Origin: Vicugna vicugna
Taxonomy: Eukaryota
Reading direction: 5' to 3'
Assembly: GCA_013265495.1 (NCBI GenBank)
Contig: MU057930.1
Span: 1,070,057-1,134,056 of the forward strand
Length of the DNA stretch: 64,000 bases
Shown here: piece after piece, positions 1 to 12,739 of the stretch
Position numbering within the stretch: position 1 is the first letter of the stretch
How the letters are laid out: each line of letters starts with the position of its first letter
Made by a program: the position numbers and the translations under genes
Notes under the pieces: generated by a model
What the model saw: the letters and a program-made list of their open reading frames with translations, nothing else
What the model was told of the DNA's origin: nothing
Database searches by the model: none

Positions 1-1974
1 TGTTTAGTGCATTTGTTTTAGACAAATGGGTTTTGAGAAGGTGGGTGCACGCGAGGGGAGGCAAGACATTCAAGGAAACAGAATTGGGATTTGGCGGGTG
101 GGGGGTGCTTGCATGTGAAGGTGATGAGGAATGTGCCTCCTGGTCCCCTGAGCACTGGACGAGCACATAACCTGAAGTTTAAACACAGAGAACTTCAGAG
201 CAAAACCCGCTCACACCTTGTCACTGTGGTGCCTCCACCAGGAGTCTGTCTCCAACTTTTCAAGGCCGTCATGGGCGCCATATTGGGAAAGATCACGCAT
301 TAGAAGACCTGTGGTCCTGTCTTGACTCTGAAACTTTCCAGCAGGAAGACACTGCGTTGGACCCAAGACAGAGCTTGAGTTTAGGAAACCAAAGTGGTCA
401 TGAATATCTTTCCTTCCATAACATAACTGTGCAGCCAAAACAAGATGACCAGAAAGGATCGCGGATAGAACATAGATTTATGGAAATGTATTGGAGTACT
501 TGGAAGGGACTTCCATATTTTTAGCATCTTGACAGGATCAATGGAAGATTGATCTTCCAAGGGAATTCAATATGGTGGGCAATGTTCATTTGCATGTATA
601 AGTATACTTGCAGGTAAGTCAACCTAAAAAAAAGAAAATATCTAACATATTTTTATTTCTAAAACATCATCCACATGTAGGAGAAATGAAAAAAAAATCA
701 GTAAATTAGTTCTCCAGTGGAAGTGGCCACCCAGTATTTTAAACAGAGACCGTACAGCTGGAGAGTTCAGCTCTGAAATCGTAGGACCAGTTTCAGAGGA
801 CCACAGTGCAGGATACCATCCAACAAGAAGACAAAATGGGAATTAAAAAATAACTAATTCCCACAGAAAATCTCTCTCAGTCATTGTGATGTGTTATCTT
901 GTTTTATTACTGCTCAAATAGTAATGACCTCCTATAGACTGGAAGTACCACAATAATTTACACATATCTTTGTACCATGGACTTGCAAGTCACTACTGGG
1001 TGTTGATTTTACAGTCGCTAATTGTTGGCTTCTTTCTTAATTATAAAAACATTAAGATAAATTTACTCATGATTTTTTTTTTCTGAGGCGATCACTCATT
1101 TCTTTCAGATTACGTGCTTCTGCACTGGTTGAATTCTATTATGCTTCCCTAAGAGGTTACTGTTTTTCTGGCTTCAGATTTTTTAAAAGAAAAAGCATGT
1201 TTAAAAGTCAGAGAAAGGGTAAAAAAGAAAAGGTTAGAACAATGTAAGTTCTTCATCACGCTGCCAGCTAATTACACACATTGTCCCTGGAAAATGAAAA
1301 GGGCACCTCATCACGGGGACAGTTTGTTTTCTCTAGTCTGGAAAGTAATCACCTTAATTTTCAGGGTGACAGCCTGTCTATTCATGACAAACTAACTAAA
1401 TTCTGGACATACAATGCTTGCAACTCAGTGCAATTTCCCCCCCCCCCCAAATCACTGCCATGGAGTGGGGGGCAGTGAGGAGCGTTTGGGCATCTCCTTG
1501 TTTTCTTCTGATTTTTTATTTTGTTTCACCCTTCAGAGATTTTTCTGTCACTTAACATAGATTCTCAAAGCTGTTGAATATATTTTCTGATGGCGGGGTT
1601 TAAGTGCTGTTACATCCTAGAACGGAAGACGGTATATGAAAAGCTAGACTATGTGATACACAAAACAAGATAATCAGCCGAGATACTGCACAGAGGACGG
1701 ACTGATCAGCTCCCGGGGAAGAGGGCTTTCTGGGCGATCTGGTAAGGGGACTTTGGCAGGAGGACACACCAAGAAGATAAATTGCACATGTGGTGTGCAA
1801 AGCTGCAGAAGAGAATTCTACATTCGGAGAACAGTGGGTGTTCTGAACAAGATGTGGCCTCCTGAAGCTGCTGGCTGCCTCTCCCAAGATGGATCTCTGA
1901 AGAATGCAGAGAAAAAAGGGAAAAAATAGACACAGCGAGCCCATGTTTGCCTAGGGCTTTCTGAACTGGTGTGT

Positions 1975-2492
1975 CGATGAGGTGCGTGGAGAAGTTGATG
2001 GGTGAAGTGGATGGTGGGTTGGCTGGAGGAGCTGATGGTGGGTGGGTATGGAAGTTGATGGTGGAGAGGGTGGAGAAGTTGCTGGGTGGAGAAGTTGATG
2101 GCAGGGTGGGTGAAATTGGTGGGTGGAGAAGATGATGGTGGGTGGGAGAAACTGATGGTGGGGTGAGTGAAAAAGTTGATGGCTGGAGAAGTTGATGGTG
2201 GGTGGGATGGAAGTTGATGGTGGGTGGGATGGAAGTTGATGGTGGGTGGGTATGCAAATTGATGGTGGAGAGGGTGGAGAAGTTGCTGGGTGGAGAAATT
2301 TATGGTGGATGGGAGAAGTTGATGGCGGGTTGGCTGGACAAGTTGATGGTGGGTGGGTGGAGAAGCTGATGGGTGGAAGTTGGTGGGGTGGCTGGAGAAG
2401 TTGATGGTGGGTGGATGAAGTTGGTGGGTGGAGAAACTGATGGTGGGGTGGGTGGAGAAATTGATGGTGGGTGGAGAAGCTGATGGAGGGGT
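1975..2492 (+). repeat. G-rich degenerate minisatellite (unit ~GGTGGGTGGAGAAGTTGAT)
   Basis: Many imperfect copies of gaagttgatggtgggtgg; explains the P/S/T/H-rich ORF 1706..2257(-). Confidence 0.95.
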
Positions 2493-2865
2493 TAGCCTGG
2501 GGAGATTAAACTAAGAGGCGGGGAGACTGGCTTTTGCTTGTTTTTCTCCCATCATGCCCCTCTCCTTCACGTGCCCTCACTCAGACTTCTGAGGCAGCTA
2601 GTTTCCTGAGTCAAATAAAAGCCACATAGAAGTTTGAGCTTGGGGTGGGGAGGTCTCATCTGGCAGCTGCACTGTGTCTCAAGGCTGCCCATTTGAGGGT
2701 GAGCAGGGGAAAAGGAAGGCACTGATGCTGGTCTCCATCATGCATTTGCCAAACCTGGCCCCCCTCTATGCCCTGATGCCCAACACATCCTGTTTCCCCT
2801 GAGAGGCTGCAGAAGTCTGTAATTTTGGAGAGGTACTGTTTATTTTTTTTTCTGTCTTTTCCCCA

Positions 2866-3290
2866 GTTTTTTTGAGATACAGTCAACACACCGCCCTGTG
2901 TAAGTTTAAGGTGCACAGCATAAGGGCGTGTCCCACACGAATCCCAGAATTATGACTGCAATAAGCTTAGTGAAGACGCACATCCCACATAGACACAAAA
3001 TTAAAGAAACAGAAAAAAATTTTTCTTGTGATGAGGACTCTAAAGATTTACCCTCTCAGCAGCTTTCATATATAACCCACAGCAGCATTAATTATACTTA
3101 TCACATTGTACATGACATCCCTAGTACTTACTGACCTTATAACTGGAAGTTTGCATGTTTTGACCACCTTCATCCAGTTCCCCGCCTCCCCACCCTCCAC
3201 CTCTGGCAGCCACAAATCTGATCTCTTTTTCTATGTGTTTGCTTGTGTGTTTTTGCAGCATAACTGACCTACAGCACTGGTTAGCTCCTG
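2866..3290 (-). mobile_element. L1 3' UTR fragment (older, L1MA9/laurasiatherian type)
   Basis: Poly-T start, then reverse-complement L1 3' UTR motifs (gtttaaggtgcacagcat; cttataactggaagtttg; ctctggcagccacaaatctgatctc). Confidence 0.8.
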
Positions 3291-3431
3291 TTTAAAATAC
3301 CCACATAGGGCTCCTCAAATCCAGCATGGAGTTGACCACCAAAGCAGTAAGCGTAAGATGTGGTAGTGAATGATTTCAAAGTTTCTAAAAAAGTGTGTGG
3401 CTGTCTCATAGATCATCTTTGTCTCTCTCTC

Positions 3432-4140
3432 TTTTTTTTAAAACACTTTTTATTGATTTATAATCATTTTACAATGTTGTGTCAAATTCCAGTGTTCAGC
3501 ACAATTTTTCAGTCATTCATGGACATATACACACTCATTGTCACCTTTTTTTCTCTGTGATTTATCATAACATTTTGTGTATATTTCCCTGTGCTACACA
3601 GTATAATCTTGTTTATCTGTTCTGCGATTTTGAAATTCCAGTCTGTCCCTTCCCACCCTCCACCCCCCTGGCAACCACACATTTGTATTCTACATCCATG
3701 AGTCTATTTCTGTCCTGTATTTACACTTTGTTTTGTTTGTTTGTTTTTGTTTTTGTTTTTTAGATTCCACATATGAGCGATCTCATATGGTATTTTTCTT
3801 TCTCTTTCTGGCTTACTTCACTTAGAGTGACTTTTTCCAGGGACATCCATGTTGTTGCAAATGGCATCATGCTGTCATTTTCATGGCTGAATAGTATTTC
3901 ATTGTATAAATATACCACCTCTTCTTTATCCAGTCACCTGCTGATGGACATTTAGGCTGTTTCCATGTCTTGGCTACTGTAAATAGTGCTGCTACGAACA
4001 CTGGGGTGCAGGTGTCCTTTTGAAGTAGGGTTCCTTCTGGATATGTGCCCAGGAGCGGGATTCCTGGGTCATACAGTAAGTCTATTCCTAGTGTTTTGAG
4101 AAATCTCCATACTCTTTCCACAGTGGCTGCAGCAAACTGA
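3432..4140 (-). mobile_element. Young camelid-type L1, 5'-truncated (ORF2 C-terminus + 3' UTR)
   Basis: ORF 3867..4121(-) gives the L1 ORF2 C-terminal motif YDPGIPLLG...FTVAKTWKQPKCPS...WYIYTMKYYSA; poly-T at the left end. Confidence 0.97.
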
Positions 4141-4329
4141 CCATTTTCAATATTCTTTTTTTCCCCCTAAGCACTTATAGACGATTACAATCATTGATTA
4201 TGTTTTGGTCCTAAAAACTCTCAACAAATATCAAAGATAAAGTGTCCAGAAGACCATGCTTTCTGTCTACCTTTTAATTCATACTATGTTGACATCGATT
4301 GACATCAACTTATAAATTAATAAGAAGAA

Positions 4330-5200
4330 GATAAATAAGGAATTCTTGCCAATTGAATAAAATATGGAAACATGCATTGGTCAACAGCTCTTGGGTGACG
4401 GAAGACACCGCCACCATAATTCTAAAGTATTAGAAGAACTAAGGCATAATGGATACACCGTGTTTCAAAAGACTACGTGGAAAGAAAACTGGGTCATGGA
4501 GGGACTTACATCCTTCATAGTTTAAATCAAAAAGCAAACTATCTCAAAAGCGACGATCTGTGTGTTCATGTCAAGGTAGTAACAACAGCAGAATCCCCAA
4601 GGACGTAAAGGGAAAGAGAGAACAGAAGTAAGAGAAGAAATAAATCGTATAGAACAGGAAAGTACAATTGAGGGATTCTGCACAACCAAGAATTGTTCTT
4701 TGAAACAAACAAACAAACAAACAAAAAACCAGAAAAAGAGGCACCTGCTGACTTACTAAGAGATAAGAGACAAACTACAAGATAAGAGTGTTATAAATGG
4801 AGGACTCATAGCTGCAGATACAGCAGAAGTCACGACAAGAGAATATTATCACGCCTTCAAAACCAAACAAACCAAACAGTGGAAAAGGAATGGATCTCAC
4901 TCTTCACGGCTGAGCGAGCTCAACCCGGAAGGCTGACAGAGACTGTGAAACACAAAACAAAACAAAGAAAAACAAAATTGCATCGCTCTTACCGGTCTGG
5001 TTTCACAGATTTATGATGAGAAAGGCTAGCAATGCCACTGATCGCAGTGCTGGATTTTGGAGACGACAATGAGAATGATCTGAACGGAAGGAGGAAAAGC
5101 AGGGATTCTACATGGTTCTCTATAATGAGGAATCCGAGGGAAATTACTGAAGAGGGAACGGCGCATACATCAGACACAAGAAGGGGACCCATGCTCTCAG
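4330..5200 (+). mobile_element. Ancient degenerate L1 ORF2 fragment (endonuclease-RT linker)
   Basis: A-rich sequence resembling the L1 region encoding KIRAEINEIE..KINETKSWFFEK (agaagaaataaatcgtatagaa..accaagaattgttctttgaaa) and PGPDGFT (accggtctggtttcacag); frames disrupted. Confidence 0.65.
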
Positions 5201-5914
5201 GTGATCATTTGACCCTTCGAGGTTTGGCAGATAGAAATGAATCCGCTGAGATCAATCGCAGCTTCGGATGTGAATGCAAAACATCCCTCGTGCATTCTGG
5301 GTGGGAAGAAGGAACTGGCGCGACCTGCTTTGGAAAACACAACTGCCTGAAGCAGACAGCCCCCAGAGCCCAGGGCCCGCCACGGGTGACACTTTCTAGC
5401 GGATACACAGCAGGGTGAAAGCACCGTGTCGCGTGGCAGCAACATTCCAGATGGCACCCTACCTTTTCTTTGCAAAAGACAGTGAAAATCAAGCCTGTGT
5501 ATCCACTTAAGAATGCACCGCCATGAAACAAGACCTCCCTGACATAAAGAAAGGAAACCCTTCGATGGGGAGACGCGTTTGTGAGGAGGTCTTTGAATAC
5601 ACTCTGGGGATTTTTTGGTCACGGTCCTGGCTTTTGTTTCCATGCTTACTGCATGGTTTGCAATATCTAATTAAGTAACTATGTAGATAAAACTAAACAG
5701 AATGCACCAGGCAAGACCCAATGATGAAGAGCCAGGAGTCGACCAAATTCTGCCCACCGGGGTGCCCATATAAACGCAATGTAACAGGTTGCTGGGGCAA
5801 CGTGCGGACAAGGTCGTTCCAGCAGGACTGGCACCGTGGACGAAGGGTTCAGGTACCCACAGCAGGATACACACGCAGGGTTTCTCTAAGCATGTGAGAG
5901 ACGGCGGGTGACTG

Positions 5915-5950
5915 AGTGTGTGTGCGTGTGTGTGTGTGCGTGTGTGTGTA
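5915..5950. repeat. (TG)n microsatellite
   Basis: Directly visible. Confidence 0.95.
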
Positions 5951-7612
5951 GCTCAGCATTGTCCTCTGTGGGTACTTCAACAGAACAGAAGGAGAACTGA
6001 AGACCCAGCATAGAGTAAGGGATTGCTTTCCTGAAAAATGATTTCCTGGAAACTGTACTGCAAATTCTTGATGCAACATTTTGTGCATTGTGTCGAGACA
6101 GGCAATGATGGATGACTGGACTTCAGGAAGAGAGGAATGTCCCTTGTCGACAAGGGAAATGTAAAATTTCCAGGGCTCAGCCCTTCCCTGTTCCAGGAGC
6201 ACGCACACGACTTGCATTTATGTGGGGTGGAGAGTAAGCCCTGTCACTTCCTTGTACCTCATTATTCTCCCTCCTCTGTACATCCATGGGAACGCAGGTT
6301 TCAAAAAATAAGAAACAGTTGCCTAGTCCATGCTGACTGTATTTACACGCCTGTTAAAAACAAAAACAAAAAACTAGATCTTTGCAAATTTTTTTAAAGA
6401 TTATTATTTTTTTCCCCCAAAGGTTTTCCTAGCACATCATTCTGAAACCACTTTTTCAATATGATATTTTAACTTGGGTGTTGCTGAAGGTTTTCCCGAA
6501 GCTGATCTTTTCAAAATAACATGCACCCCAGGCTTGTAAGCGGACAGCTAGCAAAGGCCGTGCGTGCCATGGTTTCCGCACGTCTGCATTTGACACGCAG
6601 TGTTTCCTACAAACAGGGAGGACTGAATTTAATTAATTGTCTCTCTAGCAATGAGAAACCCTGCTGACCAATAAAGGCTTTGGAAAGTCAGAGGGTTTAT
6701 GGGACTGTGTCCAGAAATTTTCTGCAAATGAACAGAAAGCAGAGCTATCTTTCCCCAAACTCGTGCATGGAGCAATTAACACCAATCTTTGAAAATGCAG
6801 CAGTTTGAAGAAAAGGAAACATGTGAAGTCAGTGTGTGTCAAATCGAAGCAGGTGATGGAGAATTATTGCTTTAAAAAATCCACATAAATATCTTGGTAC
6901 CAAGACTTACCAAGGAACACACTGCACGCCTCAGGTCGGAGTGGAAGGTAGACAGCTTGTGTACTCACGGGGTTGCAAAAGAAACAATTATTTTAAGCAG
7001 GAAACTGCAGACAGAAGTGCCCTCGGTTTTGATGGGTGTACGGCAGCCCCCTAAGACACGAGAGCAATGCCAGGTGGGCTCATTTTAAGTCCATGTCCTT
7101 CTGCCACCTGGACGTCCAGCATCAAGCACAAGACGTAGGTGGCATCTGATCTCTCACAAAGTCTTTCTAAATACGGTAGCCGCAACGAGCTTCGGACAAC
7201 CTACCAAAAATACAGACCCCTGCACTCTTATTCCAAGAGAGTTAGTCGTTCTGTGATGGAGGCTGGGGAGGGCCGCTCTGCAAATCTGTCGCTTCAACAG
7301 GCAGCCCCAGACGAAGCTGTTCTGAGGAGACAGGTACAGTTCACACCCCCGGGTGCTTTAGGTCCACGTCAAGGCTCACACCCCGGGGACAGTCAAAACC
7401 TGGCTGCACGTCCCGGCTGCGGACAATCGCCAAGAGGAGACGCTGGACGTTCAGCGCCGTATTACCCTGAGTAACGCTCCCCCGGGAAAAGAGGGAGGCA
7501 CGCAGAGAGGGAGGACCCCAGTCTCTGTTGTCTTTGCTCCTAGAATTTCACAGCCCTTCTCCTGTCTCCACGTCTTAAGCCCGTCTAATTGTGCTGTTCC
7601 CCTTCATTCTTC

Positions 7613-7615
<3 letters not shown>

Positions 7616-7644
<29 letters not shown>
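7616..7644. repeat. (CA)n microsatellite
   Basis: Directly visible. Confidence 0.95.
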
Positions 7645-7648
<4 letters not shown>

Positions 7649-8190
7649 AAATAAATAAGATTTTGTGGTTGCTTAGAGGTGTCTCACAAAAGGGAAACTC
7701 TTTGTTGCAAACATTAGCTAAAAATGCGTTGACTTTGATGCAACGCCCATTTGCTTACGTCCAGAATTATGCGCACTTAATTCATTGCCTATGGGAGGAA
7801 AGAAATGGTATCTCTGCTTTCAAGGTACAAGATTGGGTTTTCCTCCAATCTCAATTAATGCTCAGTATTGTCCGCAGCCTTCTCTGTTTCCACGAGTAAA
7901 CAGTAATTTAGGGTGAAATAATGCAATTCACGTCAATTATGGGTCTTCGGAGTGTAAGGGACCATTGGATGCAAGCCACTGAACCACTGCCACCAACGAT
8001 TTCCAGAAATATGAATTTATCTGAGGTGGTGGACGGTTTGGAACATTTTTTTAGAGGGTAGGAAAAGGGTTTGGATGCTGTCTGCTTTAGAACTGTCCCG
8101 ATGACCAACATTAAATTCTGCAAAATGCACGCTTTTCATGTAAGATCACCAGCACCTTTTACTGTATAAAAAAAGTTTTTATTGACGTGT

Positions 8191-8410
8191 AGTCAGTTTA
8201 CAATGTTGCGTCACCAGCACTTTTGAAAGACAGCTCCCTGTTAAAACTTTGTGGATGAGAAGGAAACAGATTTGCAACATGACGTTTAAAAAAACAATTG
8301 AGTCAGTTTACAATGTTGCGTCATCAGCACTTTTGAAAGGCAGCTCCCTGTTAAAACTCTGTGGATGAGAAGGAAACAGATTTGCAACATGACGTTTAAA
8401 AAAACAGTTG
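8191..8410. repeat. 110-bp tandem duplication
   Basis: 8191-8300 and 8301-8410 are identical except 4 transitions. Confidence 0.97.
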
Positions 8411-11400
8411 AATGTCTAAAATTGCACATGACATGTCTGTAGGCATATCTTATTTTCACCCATCTCTACTTGCGATCAAACGGGCATTAGGGTTGAAGCA
8501 AAATAAATGAGTAACTCGGAGCAGAAAATGAGGTTTGATTTATGGCACGAACATGGAGACTTGGCATAGCCCGAGACTCGCAGTGTTTCTTGAAATTGAA
8601 ATTGATTTTCCTTTTCTCAAACAGTCTAATTTGAAACACCCTGACAACCAATTATCCCGAAATGAAATCATTTAAAATGCACATCAGACAAGGTGCATTT
8701 TTAAATACGTCCCCGGCGCCTTTATTAATGAAGACCTTAACAATTTTTGAAGGTGTTTCTTGAATTACCAATAGGTGTGCGACAGAAATCCATTGAACTG
8801 AGGGTGAACACAAGGGCTATTGTCTGTCTTTCAATTTCTTTGTTTGTTTTTGAGGGTTTTTTTTTGGGGGGGGGGTGCTTTCCGTTATTAAAGAGCCTTA
8901 CAGCATTGCAGATAATGTTGGGAAATCCAAGAAGATGTGGTTAGATGCAAAGAAATTGTCTTGAAAATCGACTGGTGCTGGAAAAAGAAAATTTACTCTA
9001 TACTTTGGTTCTCAAAGTTCAAGTGTCCCTAGGCATTGTTGAGTATTTCTCAGTCTTGGGTTTTAATCCTTTTCAGAATAAAACTGTTGATTGTCTCAAA
9101 TGAATAGTCATTACCTGCAGAAGGTCTACGGTCCCCTTGATTTGAGTGTGAGAACCAATATTTCAGCTCTATTCCCTGCTCTGTGTCATCGAGAGGGTGC
9201 ACGGGTCTTGCGTGGGCAGACGGGTGCCGGGGTAGGAACCGTCACGGCGGGGGGTGACCTCAGAAGACACGCACTCTGCTTGCTTCTAGTCCAATGACGC
9301 TTCCTCGCCAGCAGAACGTCATTTCCAGAAATGAGTGAGGAAGGCAGTCCCCCTGTCCACGCTGGAAATCATCTCAAACATATCCCTTCGACGGAAAACA
9401 GTCCTTTCTTTTCTTTAAACAGTTCTTGGCTTAAAAATTCCTTCCATCTGGAGCAGTGTGTACATGCGTGCGTCTTTTCTACTTCCTGCTCGCTAGCTAA
9501 AAACAGAAATTGCGAATTATTTTCTTTTGGAGAACAAATCCGTTACAGGAGTGGGAAGGACTCTGCCCCAAGACTACAAGTCTGAAATCAATTAACGTGG
9601 AAGACAAGAAAAAAATGTGTCTCAAGAGATGGCTGGGGCAAAGCTTGTCCCATTCGTGATGAGACTCATATTTTCAGCAAAATACCCTTTTGATTTAAAA
9701 GGGTCCTTTCAATTCTGTGATTTAAGCCTGTGGGCTATTCTGGATACAGCCTTAATAGACTAGATTTTCTGGGTAATTTTGCCATCTGCCAAGGAACCTC
9801 AAGAACAGAATTGTTCTGTTCACCTACAAAGGACTTCTTTTCAAAAGAGGCCCCTGAGTTTGTAAAAGACTTCTACATCCACACAGCACCTGGGGAGGCA
9901 AAACGTCCTGACGGCAGAACTGAGATGCACCCAGAAAAGGCACAGGTCTTGTGCTGAGGCTCACGAGGTCCCCAGCTCAGACCTTCTGAAGACGCACCCG
10001 AGCCTGCGGGGACCACTTCATCCCTCCTCTCGGGTCTCCATCTGGCGTGAATCCATGGACACCCTCAAAGGATTTTGTGACCATGGAGAATATAAACCAA
10101 ATGACACTGACGTTTGTGAAAGAATTTCCTCTAACACCCTAGAGGAAGGCAAAGAAACATCCACTAAGAGCAGTAACAAGAATCTAGGTGCCACGACACG
10201 GGAGGAGGAGAAACACATCCCACGTGAGTGATAGGATATTAACAAGGATGCTTTAGTTCAATCTTGGAGAAAATACTGGGAAGAAAAAACTCCGTGCTCC
10301 CTATGGACAGACACTCTTGTTTTAAGTCTGCGAAGAGAACTGCCTGGAAGATATTGTCTTCTCAGCTCATCAAATCTGCCGGTGTCGGTGTTTATGTTGG
10401 TGACCTGCCGTCCTGTCTGGGGAAGGACGTACACGTTCACATCGATTCAACCAATAGATAAATGCACAGAGGAGTCAGGCAGAAAACTCCATACGCCCCA
10501 TTCATTTGGACGCGCCAAGACGTGCATAACACTTGTAAGATTTAACCTGCCCAGGGCACCTAGAGGTTTCAGGGGGAGAAAAAGGAACTGCCCTTTGGTA
10601 GGACTTCGGTTAAGAGGACTTGAAAGCTTCCTGTAAGCTGTTTCGTTGCAACGTCCAGCATTAGCGAGCGCTTCCATGTTAAACAAGCCCCAGCGCCAGA
10701 GATTTCCCATCTGGAGGACACTAGATGGAAAACGAGGTGAACATGATAACTACTTGTAAGTCGATGGAGTTGATTCTGTCCAAGGAGGAACATCTTTGTG
10801 CTTCATTTCAGGGAGAAGACCGAGCACGGATAACTGGTCGACCCAGACGTCCTAATGGGAAACTCAGCACGTGCTGTGTTTTGTGTCTCCTTGCAGTAAA
10901 CGTGCAGAAATGATTTAAAATATGTAAACACATATGTGCATGTGTGTCTGTAGCAATAGCCGTGGTCAGTGTGGGGATTTCTCAGGAGACCAGACACAAG
11001 TGTGAACTCTAGGAGCAGAGAGGACGTAATTAAAGGGAAGAGAGACCTCGCAGGAGGCTCCCTGGCGCAGGGCATGGACGGGAACTCCTGAAAGGTAAAG
11101 GGGCCAGGAGCTGGGAAAGTGCGCAAGGCAATGCTGAAGAAGAAAATAAAATGTGGGGTGTGGGTGGGCTTGGACTAGTACAAGAGGGGACTGTGGGGCC
11201 ATACATCCCTGATCGAACTCATTCCCTTGGATGAGCTGGAAGGGTCAGAGATGCAGACAGTGGTTGTCTCCAGTGCTGAGAACAGCAAGCCTGGAAAACT
11301 GCCGTGGAGACGTGCAGCATCTAAGAGAAAGGAAAAGTCTGGAAGCCAGCATCCCTCCTCGCTGACGTGGAAAACAGCGGAAAACCTATCAAGACCTAAA

Positions 11401-11686
11401 CGCACGCCCCACCCCAGCCAGGCAGACTAAACAGAGCCTCCATCAGATGAGTAACGGAAGCTCAACTAAATGGACGTACGTGTACTCGAGCAACAACTAA
11501 TCCTATAAGCGGGAATCAAGGGTTGGAAATGCAACGGATGAACGTGTACGGAAGAATCAATAAGGATTTGAGAATAACACACGGCATACAAAAGAAATGA
11601 GACATTTGATAAAGCCAAGAACGTCTTCCAAGTGAAGAGAGTTAATCATGGAAATAGAAAATTAAGTTTCCTTAAGAGTCAGTGAG

Positions 11687-11856
11687 ATATAGTTCCCTGT
11701 GCTATACCAGGAACTATATTCAGTATTGTGTAGTACCCTATAATGAAAAAGAACATGAGAAGGAATATACGTATGTATATGGATGACTGGGACATGATGC
11801 TGGGCACCAGAAATTAACACAACATTGTAAACTGACTAGACTTCAATTTAAAAAAA
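11687..11856 (+). mobile_element. Short L1 3' tail with small 5' inverted segment
   Basis: ggaactatattcagtatt...cagaaattaacacaacattgtaaactgact..cttcaattt + poly-A matches other L1 tails in the window. Confidence 0.9.
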
Positions 11857-11882
11857 TCCCCTAAATTAAATTATCTCTGTTA

Positions 11883-12739
11883 CTAATTATCAGACAAATG
11901 CAAACCAAAACTACAGTGAGGTATCACCTCTATCACCTCACACCAGTCAGAATGGCCATCATTCAAAAGTCCACAAACGACAAACGCTGGAGAGGCTGTG
12001 GAGAAAGGGGAACCCTCCTACACTGCTGGTGGGAATGCAGTTTGGTGCAGCCACTGTGGAAAACAGTATGGAGATTCCTCAGAAGACTAGGAACAGACTT
12101 ACCATATGACCCAGGAATCCCGCTCCTGGGCATATATCCAGAAGGAACCCTACTTCAGGATGACACCTGCACCCCAATGTTCATAGCAGCACTATTTACA
12201 ATAGCCAAGACATGGAAACAGCCTAAATGTCCATCAACAGATGACGGAATAAAGAAGAAGTGGTATATTTATACAATGGAATACTACTCATCCATAAAAA
12301 CCAACAACATAACGCCATTTGCAGCAACATGGATGCTCCTGGAGAATGTCATTCTAAGTGAAGTAAGACAGAAAGAGAAAGAAAAATACCATATGAGATC
12401 ACTTATATGTGGAACCCCCACCTCCAAAAAAGAACATAAATACAAAACAGAAACAGACTCATAGACATAGAATACAAACTTGTGGTTGCCAAGGGGGTGG
12501 GGAGTGGGAGGGGATTTCAAAATTTGTAGATACTGACAGGCATATGCAGAATAGATAAACAAGATTATACTGTGTAGCACAGGGAAATATATACAAGATC
12601 TTGTGGGAGCTCGCGGTGAAAAAGAATGTGACAATGAGTATATATATGTCCATGTATGACTGAAAAATTGTGTTTTACACTGGAAATTGACACAACATTG
12701 TAAACTGCCTATAACTGAATAAAACAAAAAAAATTTTTT
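11883..12739 (+). mobile_element. Young camelid-type L1, 5'-truncated, with 16-bp TSD
   Basis: ORF 11898..12464 is the L1 ORF2 C-terminus (CWWEC cysteine-rich region, [22 protein letters not shown]); A tail; TSD taaat(t/g)atctctgtta at 11867-11882 and 12740-12755. Confidence 0.98.

Noticed and set aside
183..524. 113-codon stop-free frame followed by a CAG|GTAAGT donor-like site at ~611-619; possible exon or processed pseudogene
   Set aside because: I could not match any frame to a known protein; the frame ends well before the donor. A tBLASTx search would settle it.
7195..7325. MER5-like hAT fragment (also a MER20-like stretch at ~33020-33300)
   Set aside because: Similarity too faint to support without an alignment.
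11898..12464. 188-aa ORF as a host gene
   Set aside because: It is the C-terminus of L1 ORF2 in a 5'-truncated copy bounded by TSDs. The same applies to 3867..4121 and 22437..22781.
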